A stretch of DNA of 64,000 nucleotides, from contig CAMCAW010000001.1 in NCBI GenBank assembly GCA_945872855.1, positions 4,108-68,107 on the forward strand, read 5' to 3'. The notes beneath the pieces were generated by a model. That model worked only from the letters and a program-made list of their open reading frames with translations, was not told the DNA's origin and made no database searches. This DNA comes from Rickettsia typhi (GTDB lineage: Bacteria > Pseudomonadota > Alphaproteobacteria > Rickettsiales > UBA1997). Within the stretch, counting starts at the first letter, position 1. Every line of letters starts with the position of its first letter. Below are positions 17,652-26,317 of the stretch, piece after piece. The position numbers and the translations under genes were made by a program.

Positions 17652-18971
17652 TTAATTATAAAATTCTGCCGCTTCGCGATTAGTGGTGATTTTTTTGAAA
17701 TCGATCGAGCTAATAAAAACACTATCGAGCGAACGGGCGCGAGACAGTGCGACATAAGCCTGCCCAGCACTAAAAATATTTGATAAATCACAAGAAATTT
17801 TATCCAATGTTAGGCCTTGCGATTTGTGAATTGTGATCGCCCAAGATAGAATTAGCGGAATTTGCGTGACTCCCGCCTCAGTTACAATTTGCCTACTATC
17901 GTGATCGAACCTGTCAATAAGCCACTCCTCGGGTGCAATAGTAAGAATTTTTCCATTAGCAAATTCTACCACGGGATAAAATTTTTTTGGTGAAAAATCT
18001 TGCACTACGCCAAGCGAGCCATTAATAATTCCTTCTTTTTGGTAAGTATTTTTAATCATCATAACCTGCGCTCCAACCTTTAGTTTCAAGCTTTCAACCG
18101 CTAGACAATTTTTGCGCAACAGCTCAACTTTATTCATCTCGCCAAAATATTTTGCCTCAAAAGATTTTTCTTCGCGGGGAATTTTTTTTAATTCAAATTC
18201 ATTAATTTGCGCCGCTTTTACGTTATGGCTCGTGAGTATTGTTGGCTTAATTGCAAGATCGTCATCAGTGGCTTTAAGCCTTAATTCTAGATGCTTCACA
18301 TCATCTTCATCTAAATTTCCGAAGCGCAAATTATTTAAAATTTTGATGAATTTTTTATCATGTTGGCGAAAAATTTCTTTGAGGATAAAAGTTTGCAAAT
18401 GAAGGTTTTTCCAACTTTGTGAGGTGAAGCAAAAATTTTGCGTTTCATCGCCATATCTAGTGATTGGAGCCAGTTGTAAAAAATCGCCGAAAAGCAGCAT
18501 TTGCAAGCCTCCGAATGGTTTATCATTTTCGCGAACGGCGCGAAAAACTTGATCAAGAATTTCAAATAAATTTGCCGAAATCATCGAAATTTCATCGATG
18601 GCTAAAATACGAGTTTCTTTGATGCGACGCCTGATTTTGCTGAATTTTCCGCTAAATAAATTGGCAATAATTTGCTCTATTGGAAGATTAGCAAGGCCAA
18701 TTCCCGCCCAAGAATGAATAGTGCTGCCGCCAATATTAACCGCAGCAATCCCTGTGCTGGCAGTAACCGCAAGGCCAAGCCTGCTATAATGACGCTTCAA
18801 ATAATTGAGCAAAAAAGATTTCCCTGTGCCAGCGCCGCCAGTAACCAAAATGTTTGAGCCTTGAGATATTTCGTGGATAACGAGTTTTTGTTCATCAGAT
18901 AAGAGCTCTTGCTCAGCGTGAGTGAAGATGTCGGGGAGCATGTTTGAGGTGGCTGGTTGTTCAACCCCCAC
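17652..18971 (-). CDS. PIF1/RecD-like superfamily 1B DNA helicase
   Basis: Walker A VTGGAGTGKSFLL, motif II LAIDEISMI, LLFGDFLQLAP, and C-terminal TIHKSQGLTLD...AYVALSRA. Confidence 0.8.
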   Translation of the reverse strand: MGVEQPATSNMLPDIFTHAEQELLSDEQKLVIHEISQGSNILVTGGAGTGKSFLLNYLKRHYSRLGLAVTASTGIAAVNIGGSTIHSWAGIGLANLPIEQIIANLFSGKFSKIRRRIKETRILAIDEISMISANLFEILDQVFRAVRENDKPFGGLQMLLFGDFLQLAPITRYGDETQNFCFTSQSWKNLHLQTFILKEIFRQHDKKFIKILNNLRFGNLDEDDVKHLELRLKATDDDLAIKPTILTSHNVKAAQINEFELKKIPREEKSFEAKYFGEMNKVELLRKNCLAVESLKLKVGAQVMMIKNTYQKEGIINGSLGVVQDFSPKKFYPVVEFANGKILTIAPEEWLIDRFDHDSRQIVTEAGVTQIPLILSWAITIHKSQGLTLDKISCDLSNIFSAGQAYVALSRARSLDSVFISSIDFKKITTNREAAEFYN

Positions 18972-19028
18972 GAAGAGTAGGGGTTTATGCTGTGAAGCAA
19001 ATCTCCACTTTCACGGAGATTTCTGGAA

Positions 19029-19874
19029 TTATTTTTTGCGTTGTTCAGCAATTTTTTGTTGCAAGGCTTCAAGTGAAACTGCGCCGGGAATTAGCTCTTC
19101 GCCAACTACAAAACCGGGAGTGCCATTCACGCCAATAGCTCCACCCAAAGCGCGGTTAGCATTGATCATTGCGGCGATTTTTTCTTTATGAGAGCTTAAA
19201 GTGCTTTCAACCTTAGAAGTATTAACGCCAACGCTGGCAACGATTTTCATCACTTCTTCTTTAGTGTTGGCGCCAGAATTCATAGCGGCATCGTGGAACT
19301 TTTTGTAAGAAGATGGATCGACAATATTTACCGCTAAAGCAATTGTTGAAATTTCTTCTGAAGATTGCCCCAAAATAGGGAATTCTTTGTAAATGATTTT
19401 AACTTTTGGATCGGCCTTAATTAAAGCTTCAACAACAGCATTTGTTTTTTTGCAATAACCACAATTATAGTCAAAAAACTCAACAATGGCAACGTTAGAA
19501 CCCTTTGGCGCGTAAACTGGAGAGTTTTTGTCGTTGAATAATTCGTCTTTTTTTGGAGCGATATTTTTTTGCGCTGCTTTCATTTGGTCTTCCATCGCTT
19601 TGCGCTGCATATTGGTAACCGAGTTAATGATAGCTTGTGGATTAGCTTCGATCCATTTTGCTAAAACTTCTTCAACATCAGCAACATTGCGAATTTTTTG
19701 ATCTTTATCGAGGCCGCTTGGCTGAACAGCAACTTGCTCTTCCGCTGCTTTATCGGCGCTGTCAGATTTTTTGCCAAAAAAGGCATAAGCGCCACCAACA
19801 ACCAAAAGGACAGCAGCAATAATGATAACTGGTTTCGCCAATGATGGTTTACCAAGCTTTGAATTAAGAAACAT
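19029..19874 (-). CDS. DsbA-family thiol:disulfide oxidoreductase (membrane-anchored/periplasmic)
   Basis: N-terminal anchor IIIAAVLLVVGGAYAFF. Thioredoxin-fold active site FFDYNCGYCKK. Confidence 0.8.
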   Translation of the reverse strand: MFLNSKLGKPSLAKPVIIIAAVLLVVGGAYAFFGKKSDSADKAAEEQVAVQPSGLDKDQKIRNVADVEEVLAKWIEANPQAIINSVTNMQRKAMEDQMKAAQKNIAPKKDELFNDKNSPVYAPKGSNVAIVEFFDYNCGYCKKTNAVVEALIKADPKVKIIYKEFPILGQSSEEISTIALAVNIVDPSSYKKFHDAAMNSGANTKEEVMKIVASVGVNTSKVESTLSSHKEKIAAMINANRALGGAIGVNGTPGFVVGEELIPGAVSLEALQQKIAEQRKK

Positions 19875-19938
19875 ATATTTTTAAAAAAAATTATTTAGAA
19901 ATGGACAACTCACAACAGTTTAATGACGCAATTTACGA

Positions 19939-20595
19939 ATGCAAAGGTTAAAATTTTCTCCTAATTACGAGGTCGAAAAATCATACAAAAATTTATTTGT
20001 TGTAGGTATCGACGAAGCGGGCAGGGGGCCTCTTGCTGGGCCAGTTGTGGCTGCTTGTGTTTTTCTAGATTCTGAGTTTTTGTGTGATGAAATTTGCGCT
20101 AAAATTAACGACTCAAAAAAAATTTCTGCAGCAAAAAGAAAAGAGATTTTTTTGCATTTAAAACAAAAGGTAAAATTTGGTGTTGGCATTGTAGATGAAA
20201 AAATTATTGATGAGATAAATATTCTTCAGGCTACGAAACTAGCGATGCTAAAGGCTTATGAAGATTTTTGTGTAAAAAATAAAATTTTACCGCAAGTGAT
20301 TTTGGTTGATGGAAATTTTTCTCCTTTCAAAAAACAAGATCAAATTCAAGAAATTTTGCCGATTGTAAAAGGCGATCAAAAAAGCCTCTCAATTGCTGCG
20401 GCGTCTATTGTAGCAAAGGAAGTGCGTGACGAGATTATGCTGCAATTGCATCAAAAATATCCTCAATTTGGTTGGGATAAAAATGCGGGCTATCCAACTA
20501 AGTTTCATGTTGATAGGATTTTGGAGTTTGGAGTTTGTGAATTTCATCGCAAGAGCTTCGTCCCAGTGCGCGAGGCCTTGAAAGTGACAATATAA
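19939..20595 (+). CDS. rnhB: ribonuclease HII
   Basis: GIDEAGRGPLAGPVVAA; LVDGN; SIAAASIVAK. Confidence 0.93.
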   Translation: MQRLKFSPNYEVEKSYKNLFVVGIDEAGRGPLAGPVVAACVFLDSEFLCDEICAKINDSKKISAAKRKEIFLHLKQKVKFGVGIVDEKIIDEINILQATKLAMLKAYEDFCVKNKILPQVILVDGNFSPFKKQDQIQEILPIVKGDQKSLSIAAASIVAKEVRDEIMLQLHQKYPQFGWDKNAGYPTKFHVDRILEFGVCEFHRKSFVPVREALKVTI

Positions 20596-20601
20596 ATAAA
20601 A

Positions 20602-21225
20602 ATGAAAATAATTTCTGAAAAAGACTCTGCGGCAATTTCTCTCGCAGTTGATTTTTTGTGTGCAGGAAAAGTTATTTCCTTCGCTACAGACACTGTTTAT
20701 GGAATTGCTGTTGACGCCTCTAACAATAAGGCCATAGAGCGAATTTATTCTATAAAGAAACGCGATAAAAATAAGCCAATAGCCATTTTTTTGCCAAATT
20801 TGTTAATGGCAGAAAAGATTCTTTCCTTTGATGAAATGGCAAAAAAAGTTGCCGAAAAATTCTCGCAAATTCCCCTAACTCTAATTTTAAAAAAACGGCC
20901 TAGCGCCTTGATAAATCTGGCTCCAAACCTTAATCAAAATGATGAATTTTTAGGATTTAGAATTGTTGAAAAAAATTTTATCAGTGAATTATTAAAAAAT
21001 TTTGGTGGAGTTTTGGCGGTAACCAGCGCCAATATTTCTGGTGGCGAGGCCTCTATTTCGGCCGCTCAAGTAAAAAATTATTTTAATTTTAATGATATTG
21101 ATTTATTAATTGATGGTGGAATTTGCGCGAAAAAAATTCCCTCAACTGTAATTAAAATTAGCGATAATCAAATGACAATTCTGCGTGAAGGTGAAGGTTT
21201 TAACATCAACTCTCTTGCGTTATGA
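20602..21225 (+). CDS. tsaC: L-threonylcarbamoyladenylate synthase (YrdC/TsaC type)
   Basis: FATDTVYGIAVDA...IYSIKKRDKNKPIAIFL...LAVTSANISG. 207 aa. Confidence 0.85.
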   Translation: MKIISEKDSAAISLAVDFLCAGKVISFATDTVYGIAVDASNNKAIERIYSIKKRDKNKPIAIFLPNLLMAEKILSFDEMAKKVAEKFSQIPLTLILKKRPSALINLAPNLNQNDEFLGFRIVEKNFISELLKNFGGVLAVTSANISGGEASISAAQVKNYFNFNDIDLLIDGGICAKKIPSTVIKISDNQMTILREGEGFNINSLAL

Positions 21226-21833
21226 AAACAGTAATAGAGCTTCTGCGAAAGCCATTGGTAAAAATTATTGGTCTAGCTCTTGTGATATATTTTGGTTTAT
21301 TTGCGGATAAAAAAAATCCTGATAGTTTGGGCAATCGCCTATCTTCAGATCGTATCAAACAAAATATTGATCAGGCGCAAGAAAAGGGCGCCTTCATTCT
21401 TTCTAATATAGACAAGGCCCGTCAAATAGGGGCTGGAGGCACTGTGGAGGTGGTTGAGCCATCACAAAATTTTTCTACTATTACCGTGCAAGATATTGAA
21501 GATGGCGAGGGAGATGAGATTTTAAAATGTGGCGATGAAGCAGAGATCGCTTACGATATTCATGTTGCGGGCAGTAATGGCCAGCTTGAGTTTGTGCCGC
21601 AAGAAAAATTGCTAATCGGCAGCAACGCTAACCGCTTGTTAGAGCGCAAAATTATTGGCATGAAAAGTGGTGGAGAGAGGATTATCAACGTTCCGCGCGA
21701 TTTTAAATCTGCCAATCAAAAATTATCCTTCTTGTTAAAATTTAATGAAGCGGCTTTGCAATATAATGTGCGCTTGCTTAAATTTAGCGCTAGCAACAGC
21801 GACAAAGTTAATTGCTCTGCAAATAATCAATAA
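21222..21833 (+). CDS. membrane-anchored protein with a degenerate FKBP-like domain
   Basis: N-terminal TM segment. DGEGDEILKCGDEAEIAYDIHV...LLIGSNANRLLERKIIGMKSGGERIINVP loosely follows the FKBP pattern (GD..v.Y...G...l..gl.GMk.Ge.r.i.iP). Weak call. Confidence 0.4.
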   Translation: MKTVIELLRKPLVKIIGLALVIYFGLFADKKNPDSLGNRLSSDRIKQNIDQAQEKGAFILSNIDKARQIGAGGTVEVVEPSQNFSTITVQDIEDGEGDEILKCGDEAEIAYDIHVAGSNGQLEFVPQEKLLIGSNANRLLERKIIGMKSGGERIINVPRDFKSANQKLSFLLKFNEAALQYNVRLLKFSASNSDKVNCSANNQ

Positions 21834-21835
21834 AA

Positions 21836-22423
21836 ATGTCCAATAAATCAAAAAAAACAAAAGAAGCTTGGGCAAAATTTTTATGCGATTATGTGCCGTT
21901 GATAATTTTTATTATTATTTATAAATTCTCTCCTGCTTCCGATCCTTTAATACCAGCTACTTTCGGCCTTTTAGTTTCAAGTTTTATAGCGCTAATTATC
22001 GCTTATATTCTCACTAGAAAAATTGCCAAAATGCCATTAATTTCGGCTATAATTTTAGGAGTTTTTGGGGGCCTCACGCTAATTTCTGGCGATGATTTAT
22101 TTATCAAAATTAAACCAACTTTAATCAATTTATTATTCGCGGCAATTTTGTTTTATGGATATTTTTCAAAGAAGCCTCTAATCAAGCATTTGTTCGGTGA
22201 AAGCCTGAAAATGGAGGATCGCGCTTGGTTAATTTTGTCTTTGCGTTGGGCAATATTTTTTATTTTTCTCGCAGTTTTAAACGAATTTATTTGGCGTAGT
22301 TTTTCAACTGATTTTTGGGTAAATTTCAAAGTATTTGGCGTATTTCCAATCTCAATGATTTTTACGCTTTCGCAAGTGCCATTCATGATTAAAAATATAA
22401 AAGGGAAGGGCGATGCCTCATGA
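21836..22423 (+). CDS. yciB: intracellular septation protein A (YciB/IspZ)
   Basis: VFGGLTLISGDDLFIKIKPTLINLLFA...KKPLIKHLFG...FWVNFKVFGVFP, collinear with the YciB family. Confidence 0.88.
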   Translation: MSNKSKKTKEAWAKFLCDYVPLIIFIIIYKFSPASDPLIPATFGLLVSSFIALIIAYILTRKIAKMPLISAIILGVFGGLTLISGDDLFIKIKPTLINLLFAAILFYGYFSKKPLIKHLFGESLKMEDRAWLILSLRWAIFFIFLAVLNEFIWRSFSTDFWVNFKVFGVFPISMIFTLSQVPFMIKNIKGKGDAS

Positions 22424-23330
22424 TTTTCTCTCCAACGAACAAAAAGGCGTTCTTTGCGTAATCGCTTCTGGCTTACTATATGGCCTTCTCGGCTATTTTG
22501 GCATGACAATAATCGCTGAAGGTTTTTCGCGTTATAACATGCTTTTTTGGCGCTTTTCTGTTGCCAGCATTTTCATGCTTTTCATCATCTCACCCAAAAT
22601 AAAAACCCTCTCTGAGAGTCCTCGAGAAGTTCTCAAAATGTTTTTCTTTGGCGCTATATTTCATGGTGTTGCGGTTATCCTCTATTTCACCTCTGCGATC
22701 TATGTAGGCACTGGCATTGCGATGGTTTTATTTTTTCTTTATCCAGTTATCGTAATACTTTTGAATCGCGTATTTTATCATACAAAAATCAGCAAAACTT
22801 ATTATTATTCAATCTCGCTAATCCTTCTGGGCCTAGTGCTCCTAATTGATATTACAAATTTAAATCTCAATATTTTTGGTATTGTAATTGGAATTCTTGA
22901 TGCAGTTTTTTATGCGCTTTATGTCGTTGCAAGCAAGAATAGCAAGCTCTCATCGGTCTTAGCAACTTTTGCAATGGTGCTTGGTTGCGTTCTTACTACA
23001 TTTATTTTTTCTGTCTTCGATAGCAGCTTTCAAGTGCCGACAACTTTCGCTTTGTGGCTTAATGTAGTCACCATGGGCGTGCTCTGCACAGCTTTGCCAA
23101 TTTTATTTTTCTTGAAGGGTTTGCAATATATCGATTCAGCGAAAGTTTCAATATTGGGCGTTACCGAGCCGCTGGCTGTAATGTTTTTCAGCTATATTTT
23201 GTTGGGAGAAAGAATGACTCTATTACAGTTTTGTGGCGCGATGTCAATTTTGTTTGGCGCAGTAATGGTGCTGAATCCGCTCAAGGCCTTAAATTCTTTT
23301 AGAAACCGCAATCGCAAATTTCGTGGTTAG
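22413..23330 (+). CDS. DMT-superfamily (EamA) transporter
   Basis: 305 aa, ten TM helices, two EamA-like halves. Overlaps the yciB stop by 11 nt. Confidence 0.8.
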   Translation: MPHDFLSNEQKGVLCVIASGLLYGLLGYFGMTIIAEGFSRYNMLFWRFSVASIFMLFIISPKIKTLSESPREVLKMFFFGAIFHGVAVILYFTSAIYVGTGIAMVLFFLYPVIVILLNRVFYHTKISKTYYYSISLILLGLVLLIDITNLNLNIFGIVIGILDAVFYALYVVASKNSKLSSVLATFAMVLGCVLTTFIFSVFDSSFQVPTTFALWLNVVTMGVLCTALPILFFLKGLQYIDSAKVSILGVTEPLAVMFFSYILLGERMTLLQFCGAMSILFGAVMVLNPLKALNSFRNRNRKFRG

Positions 23331-23846
23331 CTTTACCATGGCCGAGAGTGGCTTAAAATAAGGCAGATCGGCCGCTTTGTGCTCATAGCCAATATCGCGA
23401 TGCTCTAATTCTTCGGCGCGAAATTTTTCGATTTTTTCTTTCAACAAAGCAATTTTCTCGCGTTCATTTTCTGCTAAAAAACTTTCCTCTTTTTCAATGA
23501 GATTTAGTTGTTGCGCATAATGTTCGTCAATCACCTCTTCAACCGCTGTGGTGCAGCACATCGCGGCTCTTTTATCTAGCAATCCCGTTACAAATCCGAG
23601 CGCAAATCCGCCAACTTTCCACAAAGGCTGCATAATGGTTGGGCGAATTTTTTGTGCCGAAATTTCTTTGTTGAAATAATCGAAATGAATATTTTCTTGA
23701 TCTTTCATATGCTGCACTAACTCAACGCTATCAAGGTCTTTCTTGAGTTTAAGCGCGGCAATTTGTCCATCATAAATAACTTTCGCACCAAATTCGCCAG
23801 CGTGATTTACGCGAATAATTTCAGAGATTTTTTGTTTGTTTAGCAT
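23289..23846 (-). CDS. coq7: demethoxyubiquinone hydroxylase, COQ7 family
   Basis: RVNHAGEFGAKVIYDGQ plus ExxH di-iron motifs (EEVIDEH, AEELEHRD). 185 aa. Confidence 0.85.
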   Translation of the reverse strand: MLNKQKISEIIRVNHAGEFGAKVIYDGQIAALKLKKDLDSVELVQHMKDQENIHFDYFNKEISAQKIRPTIMQPLWKVGGFALGFVTGLLDKRAAMCCTTAVEEVIDEHYAQQLNLIEKEESFLAENEREKIALLKEKIEKFRAEELEHRDIGYEHKAADLPYFKPLSAMVKLTTKFAIAVSKRI

Positions 23847-24101
23847 GATTCTTTACTTAATTATTGCTTAAACATTGTTTCAACAACCTATTTTTATACA
23901 AGAGGAACTTGCTGTCGACGGCACAATTTCTTGTCAATTATCGTCCGCATGAAATTGTTAATCGAAAAGGCTGCAAATATTTCTAGGCACGATAAGTCAA
24001 AAATATTCGAAACGCTTATAGAAGGCGGCGGAGCCTTTGTCCATAACCAACCCTAAAAGCTTGGATAGATTTGCGGCTTATAAGCACAAAACAATAGCCC
24101 A

Positions 24102-24566
24102 TCACTCCTTATGATAAGGGTGCCCAGCAATAATAGATTGCGCCCGATAAAGCTGCTCCATCAACATTGCGCGCACCATTAAATGCGGAAAAGTCATTAA
24201 TCCGAGCGCTATTTTTAAATTAGCTACAGCAACAATTTCGGCCGCTAAACCATTGGCTCCGCCAATCAAAAATGTTAAATGAGAATCGCCTTGAACTGCA
24301 AAATTAGAAATTAATTTAGCAAAATTCGGGCTAGTAAATTCTTTACCTTTTTCATCAAGGGCAATCACTACAGAGCCCGATTTTATTGCCTTCGCAATTA
24401 ATTTTCCTTCGCCTTCTTTAATTTTATCAACCGATAAATTATGGGCATTTTTTAACTCTAACTCGCGCAATTCAATATCCCATTTCATGCGCTTAAGATA
24501 GTTCTCAAAAGCAAGACGATGCGGCGAATTTTCAAATTTACCGATTGAAATAATTGTGATTTTCAT
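24102..24566 (-). CDS. rlmH: 23S rRNA (pseudouridine1915-N3)-methyltransferase
   Basis: 154 aa; MKITIISIGK..., LTFLIGGANGL, C-terminal GHPYHKE. Confidence 0.92.
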   Translation of the reverse strand: MKITIISIGKFENSPHRLAFENYLKRMKWDIELRELELKNAHNLSVDKIKEGEGKLIAKAIKSGSVVIALDEKGKEFTSPNFAKLISNFAVQGDSHLTFLIGGANGLAAEIVAVANLKIALGLMTFPHLMVRAMLMEQLYRAQSIIAGHPYHKE

Positions 24567-24638
24567 TTAAATGAGATGCTTTCATTTTCGAAACTAAACA
24601 GATAGTCTTTTGGGATCGAGCCAATCAAATATATTCTT

Positions 24639-25136
24639 ATGAATAAAACAAAAATTGCAATCTATCCAGGAACTTTTGATCCGATCACTTTTGGGCATCT
24701 CGATATTATCAAACGCGCCAGTGAATTTATTGATCATTTGGTGATTGCTGTCGCTAAAGACACCGCCAAGAATCCTTTATTCACGCTGGCAGAAAGGGTT
24801 GAGCTGGTAGAAGATGAGGTAGCAAATTTGGGCAGCGATACAAAAATTTCGGTTGAGCAATTTGAAGGATTGCTAGTAGATTTTGCTGTAAAAAAAGGTG
24901 CACGACTAATTATTCGCGGTCTGCGCGCCGTTTCTGATTTTGAATATGAATTTCAAATGTTCGGCATGAATGCAAAATTAAATCCCGAAATTCAAACAAT
25001 ATTTTTGCCTGCCTCAGAAAATAATCATTTTATCGCATCGAAGTTCGTAAAAGAAGTGGCGCGGCTTGGCGGCGATGTTACAAATTTTGTTTCGCCTTAC
25101 GTGGTAAAAAAACTTAAGGAAAAAATGAAAATTTAA
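24639..25136 (+). CDS. coaD: phosphopantetheine adenylyltransferase
   Basis: AIYPGTFDPITFGHLDII nucleotidyltransferase motif. 165 aa. Confidence 0.95.
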   Translation: MNKTKIAIYPGTFDPITFGHLDIIKRASEFIDHLVIAVAKDTAKNPLFTLAERVELVEDEVANLGSDTKISVEQFEGLLVDFAVKKGARLIIRGLRAVSDFEYEFQMFGMNAKLNPEIQTIFLPASENNHFIASKFVKEVARLGGDVTNFVSPYVVKKLKEKMKI

Positions 25137-25303
25137 AAGTTAAGTTAGAAAAAAGTTAAGTGAAAATATGATAAAAAAGAATTCTCGACTATCTTAGTCT
25201 CGCCCCTAGACGGCACGCCGAAGCGGGGCGAGACTAAGATAGTCGAGAATTCTTTTTTATCATATTTTCACTTAACTTTTTTCTAACTTAACTTTTAAAT
25301 TTT
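25128..25303. repeat. 176-bp perfect palindrome (79-bp arms, 18-nt loop TAGACGGCACGCCGAAGC); member 1 of a conserved-loop long-hairpin family
   Basis: I checked base by base that 25128-25206 is the exact reverse complement of 25225-25303. The loop is 25207-25224. The left arm overlaps the last 9 nt of coaD, including its stop codon. Confidence 0.95.
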
Positions 25304-25318
25304 ACAAAATTCTCACAA

Positions 25319-26311
25319 ATGCAAAACATTAAAGACGAAATCTGGATCATCGTCGATAACCGCCCCGGCAACTATTCGCAAGCCATCGGCCTTGCTAACG
25401 AAATTGGTTTTGAATCGCGCATAATCAATATTTCTTACGGATTTTTTTCTTTCTTGCCTAATTTTATTTTAGGCTCTTCGCTGCTCGGTGTAACGCGCGC
25501 CACCAAAGATAAACTCAAAAGTTTTGGCTATTTTCCAAAGCTGATAATCTCTGCGGGGCGTAGATCTGCCCCCGTTGCGCTGCACATAAAAAAACAATCG
25601 CAAAATCGCAGCAAAATTGCGCAAATAATGAACCCAGAATTTGCTCACGAAAAATTCGATTTCATCATTTTGCCAAGCCACGACAAAATTAGTGGCCGCC
25701 ACAAAAACATCGTCCGTACCTTAGGATCGCTCACTAAAACCAACGAACAAGCAATTAATGCAGAGTGTGAAAAATTTTCCTCATGGTTTTGCGATTATCA
25801 AAAAACTAAAATCGCTGTTTTAATTGGGGGCGATTCTAAAAACACAAAACTCGCTAAAGAATCGGCGATAAAATTGATCAAAAAATCTTGTGAAATTGCT
25901 AAAAATATGAACGCAAAATTGTTAATTTTAAATAGTAGGAGAACTTCTGCTGAAGTTACAAAGTCAATAAAATCAAAGCTTTACGGCGATTTTAAATTTT
26001 TTAATTGGAAAGAAATAACGAATGGTGAAAATCCTTATTTAGCAATTGTGGGCTTTAGTGATTTTTTTATAGCCACTGGAGATTCGGTTTCGATGATCTC
26101 AGAAGCTTGCTCTACAGGCAAGCCGCTTTATATTTTTGACGAAAAAAATATTTCCTCTATGAAACATAAAAAATTTCATCAAGAATTAATCGCGCAGAAT
26201 TATGCAAAAAGAATTAATAAAACAACTTGCCTATTAGAGAAATTTTCGGCAAAAAAGTTGCAAGAAACTAAAAGAGTTGCGATGATAATTCAAAATGCGC
26301 TGAAGAATTAA
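25319..26311 (+). CDS. ELM1/DUF1022-like protein (putative glycosyltransferase-fold; 'mitochondrial fission ELM1' family)
   Basis: The N-terminus IWIIVDNRPGNYSQAIGLANEIG and the ~330-aa length resemble the alphaproteobacterial ELM1-family pattern. Recognised from memory only. Confidence 0.5.
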   Translation: MQNIKDEIWIIVDNRPGNYSQAIGLANEIGFESRIINISYGFFSFLPNFILGSSLLGVTRATKDKLKSFGYFPKLIISAGRRSAPVALHIKKQSQNRSKIAQIMNPEFAHEKFDFIILPSHDKISGRHKNIVRTLGSLTKTNEQAINAECEKFSSWFCDYQKTKIAVLIGGDSKNTKLAKESAIKLIKKSCEIAKNMNAKLLILNSRRTSAEVTKSIKSKLYGDFKFFNWKEITNGENPYLAIVGFSDFFIATGDSVSMISEACSTGKPLYIFDEKNISSMKHKKFHQELIAQNYAKRINKTTCLLEKFSAKKLQETKRVAMIIQNALKN

Positions 26312-26317
26312 TTTGAT

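Noticed and set aside
16751-17791. Track-reported long N-terminal extensions of several genes (EamA 17791, gatC 12835, ruvX 12818, rpiB 33305, trmB 33741, virB2 35572)
   Set aside because: The extensions overlap neighbouring genes or add non-conserved residues. Internal ATGs give family-typical lengths and tidy gene spacing.
23289-23330. 42-bp convergent overlap of the EamA transporter and coq7 3' ends, and the 20-bp overlap of MBOAT and dadA at 61129-61148
   Set aside because: Short convergent overlaps are common in compact genomes. I saw nothing suggesting programmed antisense regulation.
25128-25303. The conserved-loop palindromes as hairpin-adapter or inverted-chimera assembly artefacts
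   Set aside because: An adapter artefact would give a contig that is palindromic out to its end. Here each palindrome is short and flanked on both sides by different, collinear genes. Two copies carry arm mismatches and bulges, and the loop-proximal stems are related but diverged. Read-level confirmation is still worthwhile.
25128-25303. The long palindromes as ordinary Rho-independent terminators
   Set aside because: Stems of 54-79 bp far exceed intrinsic-terminator hairpins, and there is no clean U-tract. An identical 18-nt loop on unrelated stems also needs a different explanation. A secondary terminator or stabiliser role remains possible.
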